In this document: positions 40,540-50,147 of the stretch, one piece after another
Layout: every line of letters begins with the position of its first letter
Numbering within the stretch: position 1 is the first letter of the stretch
Source: an uncultured Bacilli bacterium
GTDB taxonomy: Bacteria; Bacillota_I; Bacilli_A; RF39; UBA660
Direction: 5' to 3'
DNA: 64,000 nt
Assembly (NCBI GenBank): GCA_934101425.1
Contig: CAKOQQ010000007.1
Span: 7,338 to 71,337 of the forward strand
Notes under the pieces: model-generated
What the model was told of the DNA's origin: nothing
What the model saw: the letters and a program-made list of their open reading frames with translations, nothing else
The model's database searches: none
Position numbers and translations under genes: made by a program

Positions 40540-41200
40540 ATATCTTTTTTATTAATTCCTCTAAACTACTTATAGTTGAAACAGATACTTCTTTTATGTA
40601 ATTGTTAGCAACATCCATAGCATATCCTTTGTAATTTTTAATCATTAGATAATCATTTACAGTATCTCCTACTGTATATATATTTTCTAAATTATATTTA
40701 TTTTTTAAGTATTCTATACCACTAGCTTTATTACATTTCTTATTATTTATGTTTATCCAATGTCTACTAATATAACCATCAATATTGTAATTATTTTTTA
40801 AATATTCTAGATTTTTTAAAGCTACATTAAAATCATTTGGAACACCTATTATAGAATTAACATTATCTATATTAGATGTTTTAGCATCTCCATTATCTAT
40901 ATATAACTCTTTATAATTTTTAGTATCTAATAGATAATTATATATATTATAAGCTTCTTTAGTATCTATATCACATCTATATATAAGTTCTTTTTTATCA
41001 TTATATATACTTGCACCATCTTTACAAATATACCATTTGCATGGTATATCTACTAAATCTCTTTCTAAATCATACATACTTCTTCCAGTTGCAATTATAA
41101 AGATATTTCCTTCTTTTACAAACTTTTTTATTGCTAATACATTATTAGCATAATTATCATCATAAAGAGTTAAATCAAAGTCACTTACTAATACTTTCAT
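40526..41200 (-). CDS. HAD-superfamily hydrolase (Cof-like, HAD-IIB)
   Basis: N-terminal motif I DFDLT and C-terminal GDTVND. Confidence 0.65.
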   Translation of the reverse strand: MKVLVSDFDLTLYDDNYANNVLAIKKFVKEGNIFIIATGRSMYDLERDLVDIPCKWYICKDGASIYNDKKELIYRCDIDTKEAYNIYNYLLDTKNYKELYIDNGDAKTSNIDNVNSIIGVPNDFNVALKNLEYLKNNYNIDGYISRHWININNKKCNKASGIEYLKNKYNLENIYTVGDTVNDYLMIKNYKGYAMDVANNYIKEVSVSTISSLEELIKKISNLS

Positions 41201-41823
41201 AGTTCCTCTTTAATAATTTTGATATTAAGTTTCTTTATATCTTCTATGTTTACTATACTAGATGATATAGCTTCACTTAAAGATATTTCATCTTTCGATA
41301 CTAAATATATATTATTTATATTACTACAAAATACATAGTAATTATATTTATCATCTTTCCCAACATATTGTTTTTCATTAGTACACATATCTGATTTATC
41401 AAATACCTTATAATTTTTTATAGTTCCCATATAAGTATATTCATCAAAATATTTATCACTATAATAACTATTTATATCATCAATACTATTAAAATACATA
41501 TTCTTATTTATGATATATTCACTATCTTCATATATAGTTTTTATATAATCTAAATCATTTATAAGATATAGTAAAGTATTAGAGTACTTTTCTATCAAAT
41601 AATAATCATATCTTTTATTTAAAGATAATTCTATACTATTATTAGTTTTATTAATAATTAAACCACTATTATCAATTTCTAATTTACCTATTATCTTTTT
41701 TACTTCTTTTGAATCATTTAAAGTAGTACCTTTATAATTTTCTAAATTTTTATCTCTATTTAAAATTAATATAAAAGATAAAATAATTAATATAGGTATT
41801 ACTATAATTATTATTTTCTTCAT
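41197..41823 (-). CDS. hypothetical exported/anchored protein
   Basis: 208 aa with N-terminal TM. No domain recognised. Confidence 0.5.
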   Translation of the reverse strand: MKKIIIIVIPILIILSFILILNRDKNLENYKGTTLNDSKEVKKIIGKLEIDNSGLIINKTNNSIELSLNKRYDYYLIEKYSNTLLYLINDLDYIKTIYEDSEYIINKNMYFNSIDDINSYYSDKYFDEYTYMGTIKNYKVFDKSDMCTNEKQYVGKDDKYNYYVFCSNINNIYLVSKDEISLSEAISSSIVNIEDIKKLNIKIIKEEL

Positions 41824-41868
41824 ATTATCACCTACTTAATTATAACATAAAAAAACTAACTATAAAAG

Positions 41869-42012
41869 TTAGTTTGTTAAGTCTTCAATATCTTCACAAG
41901 CACAAGAGATTTTCTCTTTTATCATGCCAAGCATCATAGGACTATATTTTTGATATAAAAGCACTCCTCCTACACCCAAAGAAATAAGACTCATATCTTT
42001 CACAAATTTCAT
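41869..42012 (-). CDS. small (47 aa) hypothetical protein
   Basis: GGTGA RBS. MKFVKDMSLISLGVGGVLLYQKYSPMMLGMIKEKISCACEDIEDLTN. Not in the track. Confidence 0.25.
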   Translation of the reverse strand: MKFVKDMSLISLGVGGVLLYQKYSPMMLGMIKEKISCACEDIEDLTN

Positions 42013-42042
42013 ATCATCACCATTATTATTATGCACTATAAT

Positions 42043-44232
42043 TTAAATATTATGCAATTTATTTATGATTTTATCATATAGGCTTGTTTTTCTTACATAT
42101 TCGCTATTATTACTAATTGCATATATAAACGCTTCTTTAGAACCAATCATTATAAGTTTCTTTTTAGCTCTTGTTATACCTGTATATATAAGTTTTTTAT
42201 ATAACATTCTTTTATAAGCCATACTAATAGGCATTACTACTATATCAAATTCACTACCTTGAGATTTATGAATACTAATTATATATGCATGTTTAATTTT
42301 GTTTAAATCTTTAGGTGTATATTTTACTAAATTATTATCAAAATCAATATGAATAAGTGTTTTTTTATCAGTGACTTCTATATATTTTATTATACCTATA
42401 TCACCATTATAAACATTATCATCAGGTGAATTAGTAAGTTCTATTACTTTATCATTTTCTCTATATACAACATCACCATATTTATATTCATTTAATGTAT
42501 CACTTTTAGGATTAAATATTTGTTGCAATTCTTTATTTAAATTATCAATACCAAATTCACCCATATACATAGGTGCCATAATTTGATATTTTCTATAATC
42601 TTTTTCTTTTAATTTTTCAGATATTATTTTTAAATTATTTTTTATATCTATACATTCTAAGAAAGTATAATCACTTTTTGTTTCATTAAAATTATCACTC
42701 AAAGAATTATTTTTAATTTCTTCTGCTAATGTATAAATATATGAATCTTCTTTTTGTCTATATAATAAATCTAATTTAACGATATCTATTATATTAGAAT
42801 CAATTAAATCTTTAAGCATATTACCAGGTCCTACACTTGATAATTGATTAGAATCTCCAACAATTATAAGTTTTATATTATTTGTAAGGCCTTTAAGTAA
42901 ATTAGAAAATAATAAAACATCTATCATACTAGCTTCATCAACTATTACAAGTTCACTATAATCTTTATTATATTCATTAATTAAAAATTCATTCTCTTCT
43001 TTATTCCATTTTAAAAACCTATGTATTGTACTTGCTGGATAAAGAGTTGATTCACTCATTCTTTTACTTGCTCTACCAGTTGGTGCTAATAAAGCTATTT
43101 TATCAACTAATGTTTCATAATTATATTTATTTATTTCAGCATAAATTTCTACAATAGCTTTTATAATAGTTGTTTTCCCTGTACCTGGACCACCAGTAAT
43201 AATAAGAATATTATTTTCAAGTGCTTTTGTTATAGCTTCTTTTTGTTTTTCATTATAAGTTATTGAATAAATGTTTTCTAAATCATTAATATAATTTTTT
43301 ATTTTTTTATTTTTTTTAGTATCTTTAGTTGCTAACATTATTACTTTTTCAGCTATATAATTTTCAGCGTCATATAAATCTTTTAAGTAATATTTAGAAT
43401 CTTCTATAATAATTTTATTAGAAGCCAAGTCTTCTAAGTATGTATCTATTTCTTCTAAATTTAAGCTTAGTCCTAATGTATTATCAAGAGCATTTAATAT
43501 ACTATATTTATCTAAATATACATCACCATTTTTATAGCATAACATCTTCATCAAATAAATGATGGCTGATTTAATTCTATTAGGATTATCATCACTAATA
43601 TTAAAATTATTTCTAAGTTTATCTATTTTATTAAATTCGATATCTTCAAAATCGTCTATTATTTGATAGATGTTATTTTTAATTATATTTAAAGTATCAT
43701 TTTTATACTTATTATATATATCTATAGCATCTTTTACTGGTAAACCTAAACTTGTTAAATAAACTATAGTTTTATCACTACCTTCATGCCTAGATAAAGT
43801 ATCATATATAGAATTAATTTTCTTTTCAGTGATATGTGGCACTAAATTTAATACACTTTTATCTTCTAATATTTTGTCTATAGCATCTTCACCTAATGTA
43901 TCAACTATACTTGTTGCAAGTTTAAGTCCAACACCTTTAAATAAATCAGAAGATAAAAAATCAATAAGGCCATTTTTATCTTCTGGTTTTACTCTTTCAT
44001 AATCTGTTACTTGATATTGAAAACCATATTTAGGGTGATTATTTACCTCACCATATAAAAAATAATTATCATCAATAACTAGTTCATAAAAATATCCAGT
44101 AAATGTCACTGTTTTATTTATGTATTCCTTCATAGTCTCATCATTAGTTTCTCTAACTTTAAATAAACCAATTATATAATTACCAGATGAATAAATTTTT
44201 CTTCTATATGATCCCTTTATATACGTTTTCAT
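42043..44232 (-). CDS. recD2: ATP-dependent RecD-like DNA helicase (RecD2)
   Basis: 729 aa with Walker A GGPGTGKTT and SF1 motifs, and an N-terminal HhH region. Confidence 0.85.
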   Translation of the reverse strand: MKTYIKGSYRRKIYSSGNYIIGLFKVRETNDETMKEYINKTVTFTGYFYELVIDDNYFLYGEVNNHPKYGFQYQVTDYERVKPEDKNGLIDFLSSDLFKGVGLKLATSIVDTLGEDAIDKILEDKSVLNLVPHITEKKINSIYDTLSRHEGSDKTIVYLTSLGLPVKDAIDIYNKYKNDTLNIIKNNIYQIIDDFEDIEFNKIDKLRNNFNISDDNPNRIKSAIIYLMKMLCYKNGDVYLDKYSILNALDNTLGLSLNLEEIDTYLEDLASNKIIIEDSKYYLKDLYDAENYIAEKVIMLATKDTKKNKKIKNYINDLENIYSITYNEKQKEAITKALENNILIITGGPGTGKTTIIKAIVEIYAEINKYNYETLVDKIALLAPTGRASKRMSESTLYPASTIHRFLKWNKEENEFLINEYNKDYSELVIVDEASMIDVLLFSNLLKGLTNNIKLIIVGDSNQLSSVGPGNMLKDLIDSNIIDIVKLDLLYRQKEDSYIYTLAEEIKNNSLSDNFNETKSDYTFLECIDIKNNLKIISEKLKEKDYRKYQIMAPMYMGEFGIDNLNKELQQIFNPKSDTLNEYKYGDVVYRENDKVIELTNSPDDNVYNGDIGIIKYIEVTDKKTLIHIDFDNNLVKYTPKDLNKIKHAYIISIHKSQGSEFDIVVMPISMAYKRMLYKKLIYTGITRAKKKLIMIGSKEAFIYAISNNSEYVRKTSLYDKIINKLHNI

Positions 44233-44277
44233 TTTATCACCATTATAATTTTATCATAAAAAAAATAAATAGTTAAA

Positions 44278-44502
44278 CTATTTATTTAATTCTTTAGTGA
44301 AAGTAAGTAGGACAAGTTCAAATTCTTCATCACTATCAAGTCCAGTTAAAATTTCTTTATCATTAATTACTTTTATTTTTTTAATAAAGAAGTCACTTGG
44401 ATCATCAATATTACTTAAATATACATATTTTTGATTATTAATAACCATTTCTTTAATAATAACATATCTAATATTATCAATTACAATTGTATCTATTTCC
44501 AT
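44278..44502 (-). CDS. DUF1292 (UPF0473, YrzB-like) small protein
   Basis: 74 aa with acidic C-terminus DSDEEFELVLLTF. Confidence 0.55.
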   Translation of the reverse strand: MEIDTIVIDNIRYVIIKEMVINNQKYVYLSNIDDPSDFFIKKIKVINDKEILTGLDSDEEFELVLLTFTKELNK

Positions 44503-44510
44503 ATTAACCT

Positions 44511-45080
44511 CTATCTTTTAATTGCATCTTTAACTTCTTCACTACTATCTAATGCTTTTAATGCAGCCTTTGCTAATATTTGAGTATCCATAACAGCTTT
44601 ATATTTTTCTTCTGATGGATTACCATTTTCATCTACAAACTTATTAGCTACTAAATATTCATCTAAACTGCTATATTCACCTGTTGCTCTTACTATTTGA
44701 TCTATATTACTATCACGATAACTCATATTTGTATATACTGCATATAATTCTTCATCAAATGTTTCTGCATCATCAGATATTTCTTTACCAATTTCATAGT
44801 GATCATAATAAAAATGTTCATTATCTTGTGTTCTATGTGTGTTATCACTTAATATAGTACTATATTGTGATAAATATTCATTGATAGTAATTTTATCTTT
44901 AATGCTATCAACACTATGTGTTATAAACGCAGTAAGTGCACTAGATGCTATTACAAGAGTTAATCCTGCTGCTATAAATAACTTCTTAAGTTTATTTACA
45001 TCAATTTTGCATCTTTCTTTCTTATATTCTACTACCATAACATCTCTAGATCTTCTTCTAGCTTCTTCATATTTACCCAT
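44511..45080 (-). CDS. hypothetical membrane-anchored protein
   Basis: 189 aa, basic N-terminus and single TM. Confidence 0.5.
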   Translation of the reverse strand: MGKYEEARRRSRDVMVVEYKKERCKIDVNKLKKLFIAAGLTLVIASSALTAFITHSVDSIKDKITINEYLSQYSTILSDNTHRTQDNEHFYYDHYEIGKEISDDAETFDEELYAVYTNMSYRDSNIDQIVRATGEYSSLDEYLVANKFVDENGNPSEEKYKAVMDTQILAKAALKALDSSEEVKDAIKR

Positions 45081-45120
45081 AATTCCACCCCTTAATTAGT
45101 TATATCATATAATTAAATTG

Positions 45121-46371
45121 TTATTTTGTCAAATCTCCAATACAATATGGATATTCTACTTTAGTTATTTTGGCGGTTATTTCACCACAAATATCTTCTT
45201 TACTATAACATTTTACTAATAAATAATTGCCAGTGTGACCAATTAAATAATTATCTTTATATACTTCTTTAATAAAAGTAACTTCCTTGCCAACATACTT
45301 GTTAAAATATTCATTTTCTAATTCTTCTGATTTTTTAATTAATTTTCTAACTCTAGCTTTTTTAACTTCTTCAGGTACTTGATTATCCATACTATCAGCT
45401 TTTGTACCTTTTCTTCTGGAATATGGAAATACATGTATTTTACTAAATCTAATTTTATCTACAGTATCCATAGTTTCATTAAATAATTCTTCTGACTCGT
45501 TTGGAAAACCAACTATTATATCAGTTGTAATAGATATATCTTTTCTAGACTCTCTTATCTTTTCTATTCTATCAATAAAATATTTTTTATCATATTTTCT
45601 ATTCATCAATTTTAATATTGTATCTGAACCTGATTGTAATGGGATATGAATATGATCAACTAATATTTTACTATTTTTAAATAATTCTATAATATCATCA
45701 TTAATTTCTGTTATTTCTATAGAAGATATTCTAAGTCTTTTAAGTCCTTCTATTTTTACTAGATCACATAATAAATTATAGAAAGAATAATCACCATCAT
45801 AATAGTGTCCTGTATGTATACCAGTAAGAACTATTTCAGAGTGCCCATTAGAAATTAAATTTTTTACTTCTTTTAAAACATCTTCTTTTTTCTTACTTCT
45901 TACCTTACCTCTAGTATAAGGTATAATACAGTAAGAACAATAATTTTCACATCCATCTTCTATTTTTACAAATGCTCTAGTTTTATCAAAATTAGTAAGT
46001 TCCATTATTTCAAATGGACTTTCCATAATATCCCTTACATCAACTATTTTTTTGCCTTCATATTCTCTTATGTACTTTATAATATTACCCTTACCAACAT
46101 TTCCTAATATTATATCAGCATCTATATTATCAGGATTTACTTGTGATAGGCATCCAACTGCTACTAAAATAGCATTTTCATGTTCTCTTCTTAATCTTCT
46201 CAATAACTTTAAAGACTTATTATCACTAGTGTTAGTTACTGTACAAGTGTTTACTATATATATATCAGCATCTATGCTGTATACATACCCACTTCTTTCT
46301 AATAATTCTTTCATAATGTTACTTTCATAAGTATTTACTTTGCAACCCAATGTATAAATATAAAACTTCAT
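45121..46371 (-). CDS. mtaB: radical-SAM methylthiotransferase, MtaB-like (tRNA t6A37 methylthiotransferase)
   Basis: N-terminal MTTase TLGCKVNTYES, radical-SAM CENYCSYCIIP, C-terminal TRAM. Next to rsmE as yqeV-yqeU in Bacillus. Confidence 0.7.
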   Translation of the reverse strand: MKFYIYTLGCKVNTYESNIMKELLERSGYVYSIDADIYIVNTCTVTNTSDNKSLKLLRRLRREHENAILVAVGCLSQVNPDNIDADIILGNVGKGNIIKYIREYEGKKIVDVRDIMESPFEIMELTNFDKTRAFVKIEDGCENYCSYCIIPYTRGKVRSKKKEDVLKEVKNLISNGHSEIVLTGIHTGHYYDGDYSFYNLLCDLVKIEGLKRLRISSIEITEINDDIIELFKNSKILVDHIHIPLQSGSDTILKLMNRKYDKKYFIDRIEKIRESRKDISITTDIIVGFPNESEELFNETMDTVDKIRFSKIHVFPYSRRKGTKADSMDNQVPEEVKKARVRKLIKKSEELENEYFNKYVGKEVTFIKEVYKDNYLIGHTGNYLLVKCYSKEDICGEITAKITKVEYPYCIGDLTK

Positions 46372-46399
46372 AATATCACCAAAAAATTTATAAGCTGCC

Positions 46400-46945
46400 T
46401 TATAAATTCTTTCTAAAATCTTTTAATGCATTTAAGAAATCTTCTGATTCCTTTATTTCTTTTTTTATAGGATCTAAATTAAGTGTTTTTTCTAGTTTAT
46501 GTTCATCAGCTTTAGTATTTTCAGGATAACTGAATCTACCAAAAACAGGTGAAATAACTTCAGTATTTTCAAACTTTTTAGGTTCTTTTGCTTCTTCAAT
46601 TTTTTCTTCTTTTTTTATTTCTTCCTTTTCTTCTAAAGCCATTTTTTTATCTTGTTCTTCTTTAAATTTTAACAATTCTTGAAAACTTATAATTGCATTT
46701 TCTTCTTGTTCTTGTTCAAATGATTCTACTTTAGATGGAGCTTCACTAGCTTTTTCCATTGCTTTATAAATTTCATTTGTAGAAGCTAAATTTTCATTAG
46801 TCTCATCTTTGAATACTTCTTTTTCTATTTCAATATCTGATTCCTTATTTTTAAATACTATCATACATATTATTAATATTAAAAGTATATTTAGTATTAC
46901 AATCCCAACTATATAAATCCAATTAGGTAAATCCATATTAATCAC
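46400..46945 (-). CDS. hypothetical protein, N-terminal TM and E/K-rich region
   Basis: 181 aa. Confidence 0.5.
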   Translation of the reverse strand: MINMDLPNWIYIVGIVILNILLILIICMIVFKNKESDIEIEKEVFKDETNENLASTNEIYKAMEKASEAPSKVESFEQEQEENAIISFQELLKFKEEQDKKMALEEKEEIKKEEKIEEAKEPKKFENTEVISPVFGRFSYPENTKADEHKLEKTLNLDPIKKEIKESEDFLNALKDFRKNL

Positions 46946-47640
46946 TCCATATTTTCATAATTTATTACACTCATTAAATATATAGGTACCGTCTCAACTC
47001 GCAGTATTAAATTACCCAAAGTTATTGCTTCATAACCATTATTTATTAGATAATCTTCTTCAATATCTGAGATTCCACCTTCAGGTCCTATCACTAAAAT
47101 AATTCTATCACAATTTTTATGATTGGTCAAAAATTTCTTTATACTTACACTACCTTTTTTAGTACTACATATTAGTTTCTCGCCTTCTAAAGAAACTATG
47201 TCTTTTAATGTTAATATATTAGATACTTTAGGTATATCTAATCTTTTTGATTGTTCAGAGGCTTCCTTACATATTTTATTCCATCTTAATACCTTTTTAT
47301 CATATTTATTTTCATCCAATTTAATTTTACTTCTTTCCATAATTACCGGAATTATTTCTTTAACTCCAAGTTCTGTACTTTTCTGTAAAATTAAATCCAT
47401 TTTAGTTTCAGTAAGCAAAGGAATAATTAAAGTAACATTAGATAAATAGCTTTTACTATCTACTTTTTCTAAAATAGTACCGTAACCATTATTTAATTTA
47501 CAAATATATAATTCATTATTATATACAACTTCTATTTTATCATTTTCTTTCATTCTCATAACGGTTTTTATATGATATAAATCTTCAGCTGATAAAATAA
47601 AATCATTACCAATTTTTTCTTTAGTAAAATATCTTTGCAT
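46942..47640 (-). CDS. rsmE: 16S rRNA (uracil1498-N3)-methyltransferase RsmE
   Basis: 232 aa with N-terminal PUA-like domain and SPOUT C-terminus (ILVIGPEGG). Confidence 0.8.
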   Translation of the reverse strand: MQRYFTKEKIGNDFILSAEDLYHIKTVMRMKENDKIEVVYNNELYICKLNNGYGTILEKVDSKSYLSNVTLIIPLLTETKMDLILQKSTELGVKEIIPVIMERSKIKLDENKYDKKVLRWNKICKEASEQSKRLDIPKVSNILTLKDIVSLEGEKLICSTKKGSVSIKKFLTNHKNCDRIILVIGPEGGISDIEEDYLINNGYEAITLGNLILRVETVPIYLMSVINYENME

Positions 47641-47682
47641 ATAATCACCATATATAATTATAACAAAAAAACATATATTAAT

Positions 47683-47940
47683 CTATATGTTTTTACTTAT
47701 CCAACTTTCTAAATCATTTTTTCTAATAAAACCAATATTTCTTGCAACTTCCTTATTATCTTTTAAAAGAACTATAGTAGGAACACTCATAATCCCAAAT
47801 TCTTTTACTAAATCTTCATTTTTATCTATATCAATTTTTACTACTTCTAAACTCCTATCTTCACTAAGTTCATCAATAATTGGTGATAACATTTTACAAG
47901 GCCCACACCACGTTGCATAAAAATCTAATAATTTTATCAT
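47683..47940 (-). CDS. thioredoxin-like protein (85 aa)
   Basis: WCGPC active site. Confidence 0.75.
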   Translation of the reverse strand: MIKLLDFYATWCGPCKMLSPIIDELSEDRSLEVVKIDIDKNEDLVKEFGIMSVPTIVLLKDNKEVARNIGFIRKNDLESWISKNI

Positions 47941-47948
47941 ATATTCTC

Positions 47949-48659
47949 CTATCTATATTTATCTAATACAGTATATACATAATCTATTTTTAATTTGTCT
48001 CTTTTTACTAAATCTTCTACTGTATCTACTGAAACAATTTTATATTTAAGCATTAAATTTAATGTTTCTAAATTTAATTTAGATTTATCTTCTTCATTTT
48101 TATATTTTTCAATTAAATCATTCAATTCATGATTTATTTTAACATTTTTTTCTACGAAATTAGATAAAATTGGAGTATTATATAGTATTTTATCTTTTAA
48201 CTTAGAATTATTTATAAATCCGTAATTGAAGAATGGTAAAGATAAAAAGTATAACGTAATAAATACTAATAAAAAGTTTTCAATAGCTCCTATTACCATA
48301 CCAATAATTTTTGATGGTATAGAAAGTATTATAGTTGCGCTTAATATTTTTTCTACTATTCCAGTAAAGAAAGTAACTAGTTTAAGAATACCATATAATA
48401 TACCAAATATAACTATGAATGCAATAACTTCATATAAAAGTATATTTATTGATGTTACACCTTTAATAACCCCAAAAAAATTAAAAAATGGGCATATTTT
48501 AAATAAAACTTCCGCTACAATATCTTTTAACATAAAAGATAGCACAGCTACAACTATAAAACCTATAGCAGAAACAAATGTCTTTATTCCTCCATTTACA
48601 AAACCTAATAAAGCACCAATTATTATAAGTACAATAATTATTATATCCAATATATTCAT
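47949..48659 (-). CDS. cvpA: CvpA family membrane protein
   Basis: 236 aa, 4-5 TM. Lies near rnhC as yshB does in Bacillus. Confidence 0.65.
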   Translation of the reverse strand: MNILDIIIIVLIIIGALLGFVNGGIKTFVSAIGFIVVAVLSFMLKDIVAEVLFKICPFFNFFGVIKGVTSINILLYEVIAFIVIFGILYGILKLVTFFTGIVEKILSATIILSIPSKIIGMVIGAIENFLLVFITLYFLSLPFFNYGFINNSKLKDKILYNTPILSNFVEKNVKINHELNDLIEKYKNEEDKSKLNLETLNLMLKYKIVSVDTVEDLVKRDKLKIDYVYTVLDKYR

Positions 48660-48753
48660 ATTACTCTCCCATCTTTATAATTATATTATATTTTTTTTAA
48701 AAAATAAAGTATATTTATAATATTATTTATGATAAAATGTAAATGGTGATATT

Positions 48754-49695
48754 ATGACAATTACTTTTAAAGTTAGTGAAAATACTATAAAAGAAATGCA
48801 GGAATTTTTAAAAGATGATATAAGAGTTAAAACACCACCTTATGCTGTTTTTCAAGCTGATGATGCTGATACTGTTATAACTGTATACGAAAGCGGTAAA
48901 GCTGTATTTCAAGGCAAAGATGCCGATTTAAGTTCAAATTTTTGGATAGAAAGAGAAAAATACTTAAATCCTAATAAGAAATTAGATGTTACTAATAGTG
49001 ATAACAAGGAAACTAAAAAAGATGATATTTATATAGATCCTAAAATATATAATTCCTCTAGTATAGGTTCTGATGAAGTTGGTACTGGTGACTATTTTGG
49101 ACCTATCGTTGTTACAGCATCATATGTAAAAAAAGATGATATTCCTTTTTTAGAAGAACTTGGAGTAAAAGATTCTAAAAAACTTACTGATGAAAAAATA
49201 CTTAATATAGTTCCACAAATAATAAAAAGAATTCCTTATGAAAGTTTTATCCTAACTAATAGTGAATATAATAAATATAGTGATAATTATAATATGAATA
49301 AAATAAAAGCTATTTTACATAATAAAGTGCTTTTAAAAATGAAAAATAACGGTTATAAATATGATTATATAATTGTAGATGAATTTAGTAAAAAATATGT
49401 TTATTTTAGTTATTTAAAAGAATCTAGTAATGTAGTTACTGATATTACTTTTTTAACTAAAGGTGAATCAAGACATTTAGCGGTTGCTGTATCTTCACTA
49501 ATAAGTAGATATATATTTATAAAAGAATTTAGTAAATTATCAAATGATTTAAAAGTATTACTACCTAAAGGAGCTTCAACTAGTGTTGATGATACTGCTG
49601 TTAAAATTGTTAACATGTATGGATTTGATAAATTAAAAGAATGTGCTAAATTAAATTTTAAAAATACAGAAAAAATAAAAGAGAAATTAAAATAA
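48754..49695 (+). CDS. rnhC: ribonuclease HIII
   Basis: 313 aa with N-terminal DUF3378-type domain and RNase HII-fold GSDEVGTGDYFGP. Confidence 0.85.
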   Translation: MTITFKVSENTIKEMQEFLKDDIRVKTPPYAVFQADDADTVITVYESGKAVFQGKDADLSSNFWIEREKYLNPNKKLDVTNSDNKETKKDDIYIDPKIYNSSSIGSDEVGTGDYFGPIVVTASYVKKDDIPFLEELGVKDSKKLTDEKILNIVPQIIKRIPYESFILTNSEYNKYSDNYNMNKIKAILHNKVLLKMKNNGYKYDYIIVDEFSKKYVYFSYLKESSNVVTDITFLTKGESRHLAVAVSSLISRYIFIKEFSKLSNDLKVLLPKGASTSVDDTAVKIVNMYGFDKLKECAKLNFKNTEKIKEKLK

Positions 49696-49703
49696 TTTCT
49701 CTT

Positions 49704-50090
49704 TTATTTTGCCATCATAATCTTAAATATTTTCTTTATTTTTTCTTTTTTATCATGATTCATATCAATAAAATTTAAATGCATTTGATATCCACTATCT
49801 AAACTACATAATAACTCTACTTTACCCGGTTTAAAATTAATTGCACAAGTTGATATTCTATTATAAGGTATTATATGTATTTTTTTATAGTATAAGCCTA
49901 ATGCATCTCTATCAAATAATATCATACGTTCACCTGTAAATAAAGCATAATCTCTACTATTTTTATATGCAAGTAATACATCTTCATTAGCATTTAAATA
50001 TTCTATTGTATATTCTGGTAAGTTTTTAGTATCTACTTCTAATCTAAAATCAAAATACTTTGTTAATTCTTTAAACTTTATATATGCCAT
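49704..50090 (-). CDS. bacterial PH-domain (YokE/bPH-like) protein
   Basis: 128 aa. Weak family call. Confidence 0.45.
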   Translation of the reverse strand: MAYIKFKELTKYFDFRLEVDTKNLPEYTIEYLNANEDVLLAYKNSRDYALFTGERMILFDRDALGLYYKKIHIIPYNRISTCAINFKPGKVELLCSLDSGYQMHLNFIDMNHDKKEKIKKIFKIMMAK

Positions 50091-50147
50091 ATGCCACCTC
50101 TTTATAATTATATTTTATAAAAAAGAAAAAGTCAATTTAGACTTTTT

